Of a stretch of 22,433 nucleotides of DNA, positions 18,394 through 22,433 are shown one piece after another. The translations under genes and the position numbers were made by a program. The first letter of the stretch is position 1. Each line of letters begins with the position of its first letter. The DNA lies in contig CAXXFK010000005.1 in assembly GCA_963663965.2 (NCBI GenBank), forward strand, positions 1-22,433. The letters run 5' to 3'. This DNA is from Sedimentisphaerales bacterium. GTDB taxonomy: Bacteria; Planctomycetota; Phycisphaerae; Sedimentisphaerales; SM23-30. The notes under the pieces were generated by a model that was not told the origin of the DNA, did no database searches, and saw only the letters and a list, made by a program, of their open reading frames with translations.

Positions 18394-19547
18394 AGAAAAG
18401 AAACGTCTTTGTATTATTTTAACTTCAGCGCTGTCCATGAATCTATTAAGGAAACAGTGGGCACACTGGATGAAGCATGGTTGGGAAGTGCATTGTATAG
18501 CGGGACCGGGAGATGAGGCTCATAATCGAGTTCGTGCTATGGGCGTCAAGACCTTTGTTGTTCCAATAGAACGCAATCCCAGCCCGATCAAAGATATACT
18601 TACATTGATTCAGTTATGGTGGTTGTTGCTATGGCATCGCTATGATATCCTGCATCTTTCAACTCCCAAAGCCTCTTTTTTTGGGGCTTTGGCGGGCCGC
18701 TTGAGTTTTCATAGTCATTTGTACTATCTGGTCCGCGGCCGGGCTTACGAAAACATGACAGGTTTGAAAAGGAAGGTGATGAATATCTGTGAATGGCTAA
18801 CCTGCCATCTGGCCACACTAGTGGTGCCCATTTGCCGGGAATTAGGAGAGATACTAGTGACCGAGCGATTGTGTCCACCGGGTAGAATTCGAATAGTGGG
18901 TCACGGATCAAGCGCAGGTATCGATCTGGAAATATTCTCCCGTACTGAAACATACGAAAAATTTGGTAAGTATACCCGGCAAGAACTAGGCATCAAACCA
19001 GGACAACTTGTGATTTTTAATATTGGGTGGTTTCGCCGTGACAAAGGTATTGATGAATTTGATTGAGGCCTTCTGTGGGCTGGCAGACACCTATCCTGAA
19101 ATTCATCTGGTATTATTAGGAGGTTATGAGGCGAGTGACCCCGTCAGAGAAACAACCCAAATGGCAATAAGCGAGCATCCCAGGATCCATACGATCAACT
19201 GGGTCAGCGATCCGGCCCCGTATTATACTCTTGCAGATATCGTAGCCTTTCCAAGTTATCGTGAAGGTTTTGGCAATGTGGCTATAGAGGCATCTGCGAT
19301 GTGCTTGCCGGTGGTCGCCAGCGATATAATGGGTTGCCGGGAGGCGGTTTTGAATGAGGTGACCGGCTTACTAGTACCCAGTCAAGATAGCCAGACATTG
19401 AGAAATGCACTGGAGCGGTTGATTCAAGATAGAGAGCTCAGGGAAAAAATGGGCAAGGCCGGCCGATTGCGTGTCGAAAATTGCTTTCGTCAAGATATGA
19501 TTTTTCAGGAGACTTTAGTGCTGTTCGATGACATGCTTGGTGCTTGA
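18386..19547 (+). pseudogene. Glycosyltransferase family 4, CapM-like (type B, copy 2), split by one apparent +1 T (sequencing error or recent frameshift)
   Basis: ORFs 18371-19066 and 19023-19547 join into RRDKGIDELIEAF if one T is removed from TTT 19058-19060, giving 386 aa colinear with copy 1. Start ATG 18386 (MSKEKKRLC vs MSERKKRLC). Confidence 0.85.
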
Positions 19548-19586
19548 GTGTCAATTGACAGGGATGAGATTGGATATTTCTTTTTT

Positions 19587-20804
19587 ATGAACGTTATTGT
19601 TACCACGCTGGAACATTTTTATAAAACTCCGGATGGAAGGATATATCCCTACTGTTTTGGCAACTATACCTTTTGGCAGCGATATTTGGGGGTTTTCGAT
19701 CAAGTAGTCGTAAATGCCAGAGTGCGGGCTGTCGAGTCATTGAGTCATGTCAAGAGAACGGAAGAAGCTGGAGGGATGGGTGTTATTTTTCATGAAATTC
19801 CTGATTTCCAAGGGATAGTTTCCTGCCTGAAGCATTATGGTAGCGTGCGACGTATGGCTCGCGAGCTGCTATCAACTCACGATGCATTAATATTGAGAAT
19901 TCCCAGTTTTATCAGTACTGAAGTCTGGAAAATCGCCAAGGCTCAAAACCGGCCTTATGCTGTTGAGGTGCTGGGCGATCCCTGGCAGGCGCTGGCTCCA
20001 AGTACAACCAATAGTCTTATGCGCCCTTTGATACGCAGACGGTTTCATCGTCAAATGGTCAAAGAATGCCAACATGCGACGGTTGCCGCTTATGTGACTG
20101 AACGTGAGTTGCAAAAACGATATCCGCCGGGGCAGTGGTCAACTCATTATTCCAGTATCGACTTGCCGGCAGATGATATTATTGATGATATGGCCACCCA
20201 AGCTAGAATAGCCCGGGTCGATCAAAAGGTACGGAGTCAAGAACCGTGGCGTCTTTGTTTTGTGGGCAGCTTATGGCATTTGTGTAAATCGCCTGATGTC
20301 GTTATTGACGCCGTGGCTTTGTGTGTTCAGAGCGGCTGTCAGATTGACTTAACCATAGTCGGCGATGGCTCCATGCGCGCCCAACTGGAAGCACAAGCCC
20401 GCCGGTTGGGGATCGGGGCCAGAATTGAATTTGTCGGCCATCTTCCACCGGGGCAGGCGATCAACCAGCAGCTGGACCGGGCCGACCTCTTTTTGCTACC
20501 ATCCCGATCCGAAGGGCTGCCTCGTTCCATCATTGAAGCATTCGCACGCGGATTACCCTGTATTGGCGGGCATGCGGGAGGATTTGCTGAATTGCTCGAT
20601 GATCAATATATGGTTAAGCCTATCAATAAGGAAATGCTTGCGGAAATGATTTTGCGAATCCTTCGCAATCCAGAAGAAATGAAACTGGCCATCAGGCGCA
20701 ACGTTGAAAAAGCAAGAGAGTATGAATCATCGGTCTTGCAGGACCGCCGTGATGAGGCGTATCGGCGTTTGAAAGAGGCAACACAAAACTGGATTGATAG
20801 CTGA
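19587..20804 (+). CDS. Glycosyltransferase family 4 (type A, copy 3)
   Basis: MNVIVTTLEHFYKTPDG aligns with MKVIVSLLHHFRKTPDG of copy 2, placing the start at ATG 19587. Same 1218-bp length as copy 2. LPSRSEGLPRSIIEAFARGLPCIG. Confidence 0.93.
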   Translation: MNVIVTTLEHFYKTPDGRIYPYCFGNYTFWQRYLGVFDQVVVNARVRAVESLSHVKRTEEAGGMGVIFHEIPDFQGIVSCLKHYGSVRRMARELLSTHDALILRIPSFISTEVWKIAKAQNRPYAVEVLGDPWQALAPSTTNSLMRPLIRRRFHRQMVKECQHATVAAYVTERELQKRYPPGQWSTHYSSIDLPADDIIDDMATQARIARVDQKVRSQEPWRLCFVGSLWHLCKSPDVVIDAVALCVQSGCQIDLTIVGDGSMRAQLEAQARRLGIGARIEFVGHLPPGQAINQQLDRADLFLLPSRSEGLPRSIIEAFARGLPCIGGHAGGFAELLDDQYMVKPINKEMLAEMILRILRNPEEMKLAIRRNVEKAREYESSVLQDRRDEAYRRLKEATQNWIDS

Positions 20805-20806
20805 GT

Positions 20807-21974
20807 ATGAAACCGGGCAATAAGAAGAAAATTTGTGTAATCATTAATCCTTCTTTTGCTATTGCCTTGTTAAGCCAACTCTGGGTTTACTGGCAGGTGC
20901 ATGGCTGGGAAGTACATTGTATTACCAGCCCCGGGCAGGAAGATCATGCTCTTGCGAGTAGTTTAGGAATAAAAACTCATCCTGTTCATATTGAACGATA
21001 TCCATCTCCTTGGAAAGATATGGTGTCTTTGATGCGAATCTGGTGGATACTGCTCTGGAATCGTTTCGATCTGGTGCATGTTTCAACCCCAAAAGCTTCT
21101 TTTTTAGGAGTATTGGCGGGACGATTAAGTTTTCATTCCAGAATTATATATCAGGTGCACGGTCGGGCGTATGAACATATGACAGGCTGGAAGCGCCGGT
21201 TCATGAACCTGTGTGAATGGCTGACCTGCCATATGGCAACCGTGGTTAATCCAGTCAGTTTTGGTTTGGAGAGCAACTTGTCGATGAAGGATTAGTCCGC
21301 GATCTAAATTACATGTAATCGCTAATGGTTCCAATCTTGGGATTGATCTCAAGCGGTTTTCTCGATCAACTGAAGCCATAAAAATTGGTGAAGACATTCG
21401 AAGTAATTTTGCTATAGCATCTGATGATCTGGTTATATTATATGTTGGATGGTTACGGCGCGATAAAGGGATTAATGAGTTAGTGAAAGCATTTGAGCGT
21501 CTGGCAAGCCGAAATGGCCAAATACATTTAGTGATGTTAGGGAACTATGAGCTTTCCGACCCACTCGAGGAATCCGTTCAAAAAATAATCCTTGAACATC
21601 CACGAATTCACAATATTCCCTGGTCTAAAGAGCCGGCGCCGGTATATACTGTTGCTGATATCCTGGTATTACCCAGTTATAGAGAAGGATTTGGCAATGT
21701 CGCACTGGAAGGCTCTGCTATGGAGTTGCCGGTTGTTGCCAGTGATATTGTAGGGTGTCGTGAAGCTGTGATTCATGGTGAGACTGGCTTGCTAGTAACT
21801 CGGGGAGATGACATTGCCTTGGAAGGCGTTCTGGAAAATTAATAAAAAAACCGGAATTACGCAAACAGTTAGGAACACAGGGGCCGGCGGCGGGTTGAGA
21901 CTCAGTTCCGACAGGAGATCATATATCAAGGGACTCTTGAATTATTTAATGAGATGATATTCTGCCATTTATAG
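20807..21974 (+). pseudogene. Glycosyltransferase family 4, CapM-like (type B, copy 3), interrupted by four apparent single-base indels
   Basis: Adding a G at GG 21268-69, a C at CC 21297-98 and an A at A4 21835-38, and removing a G from G4 21880-83, yields 389 aa: ...PVSFGLGEQLVDEGLVPRSKLHVIANGSNLGIDLKRF...LEKLIKKPELRKQLGTQGRRRVETQFRQEIIYQGTLELFNEMIFCHL*. This is colinear with copies 1 and 2. Confidence 0.82.
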
Positions 21975-22037
21975 GAGTGGTCAATACTATCAAGTTTAAA
22001 AGAATTTAAGTAAAAACTGGGGAAAAGGCAACATATT

Positions 22038-22433
22038 ATGCAATCAGGCACCAAAGCAATGGTTCAATTCTTTCAGAGTCTTGGGCACCGGGTTATTCAG
22101 AGTGAAAATAGTTGGTGGTATGAGGTGCAGCCTGGTGTGATGATGTCATTTCCATATCATCGTTTATTGATACCGCGACGGGAAGAATTGACAAAGATTA
22201 TCGAAGACCATCACCTGAAAGCATTACGCTTCCGGCACCGTTGGATAACTATGGTGTATTAAACCATTTGGAATTAAATACTAATCCAGATTATAGCCTT
22301 GATAATTTAGAAAGAGAGGCTCGGCGCCAGACGCGTCGTGGGTTGGAACAATGTCGTTTTGAAGAGATCGATTTTGATTATCTGAGGCGATATGGTCTGG
22401 AATTGAATCGAGCAACGGCTGAACGTCAGGGCC
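22038..22433 (+). CDS. 3'-truncated FemAB/GNAT-fold-like protein with an apparent frameshift near 22230-22233
   Basis: MQSGTKAMVQFFQSLGHRVI...KALRF continues in the -1 frame as PAPLDNYGVLNHLELNTNPDYSLDNLEREARRQTRRGLEQCRFEEIDFDYL...NRATAERQG, open to the window end. L...ARRQTRRG recalls the FemAB/acetyltransferase-6 helix motif. Confidence 0.5.

Noticed and set aside
19549..19560. Perfect 12-bp palindrome TGTCAATTGACA containing TTGACA between modules 2 and 3
   Set aside because: There is no acceptable -10 at 16-18 bp, and several 12-bp palindromes are expected by chance in 22 kb.
16608..20804. Module repeats as an assembly duplication artefact
   Set aside because: The copies differ by many synonymous and amino-acid substitutions, so they are genuine diverged paralogues.
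254..21397. Numerous short minus-strand and alternate-frame ORFs (60-141 aa) in the ORF track
   Set aside because: All overlap well-supported + strand genes, nearly all entirely, and show no recognisable motifs. They are treated as shadow ORFs.
19050..22240. Programmed ribosomal frameshifting at the split genes
   Set aside because: No canonical slippery heptamer or RF2-type signal is in frame, directions are mixed, and one gene has four events.
1..22433. CRISPR array, tRNA/rRNA, transposase/integrase, ops/JUMPstart element
   Set aside because: None recognised by eye. Intergenic gaps are all under 190 bp and lack regularly spaced repeats.

Overview
A co-directional (+ strand), tightly packed Wzx/Wzy-dependent surface-polysaccharide (EPS/capsule/O-antigen) gene cluster, preceded by the 3' end of a beta-propeller/dockerin-like surface-protein gene. 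That protein's C-terminal motif suggests a Phycisphaerae-type planctomycete host (inference). Gene order: putative glycoside hydrolase lipoprotein, Wzx, FrhB-like flavo-Fe/S protein, pyruvyl transferase, GT2, Wzy, GT4, LegB-like 4,6-dehydratase, sugar-1-P nucleotidyltransferase, Rmd-like reductase, GNAT. Next comes a three-fold tandem module [GT4 type A - O-acyltransferase - CapM-like GT4 type B], whose third copy lacks the acyltransferase, and then a truncated FemAB/GNAT-like gene. Highlights: (1) the triplicated alternating glycosyltransferase cassette, (2) a possible lactyl-ether-forming FrhB/pyruvyltransferase pair, (3) a LegB-like dehydratase paired with a reductase instead of an aminotransferase, (4) a 108-bp nested inverted-repeat, MITE-like element ahead of the cluster, (5) an in-frame G9 tract. 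Six single-base frameshifts in short homopolymers, all in the last 3.4 kb, are most likely sequencing errors. All family calls come from motif recognition by eye; no searches were run.
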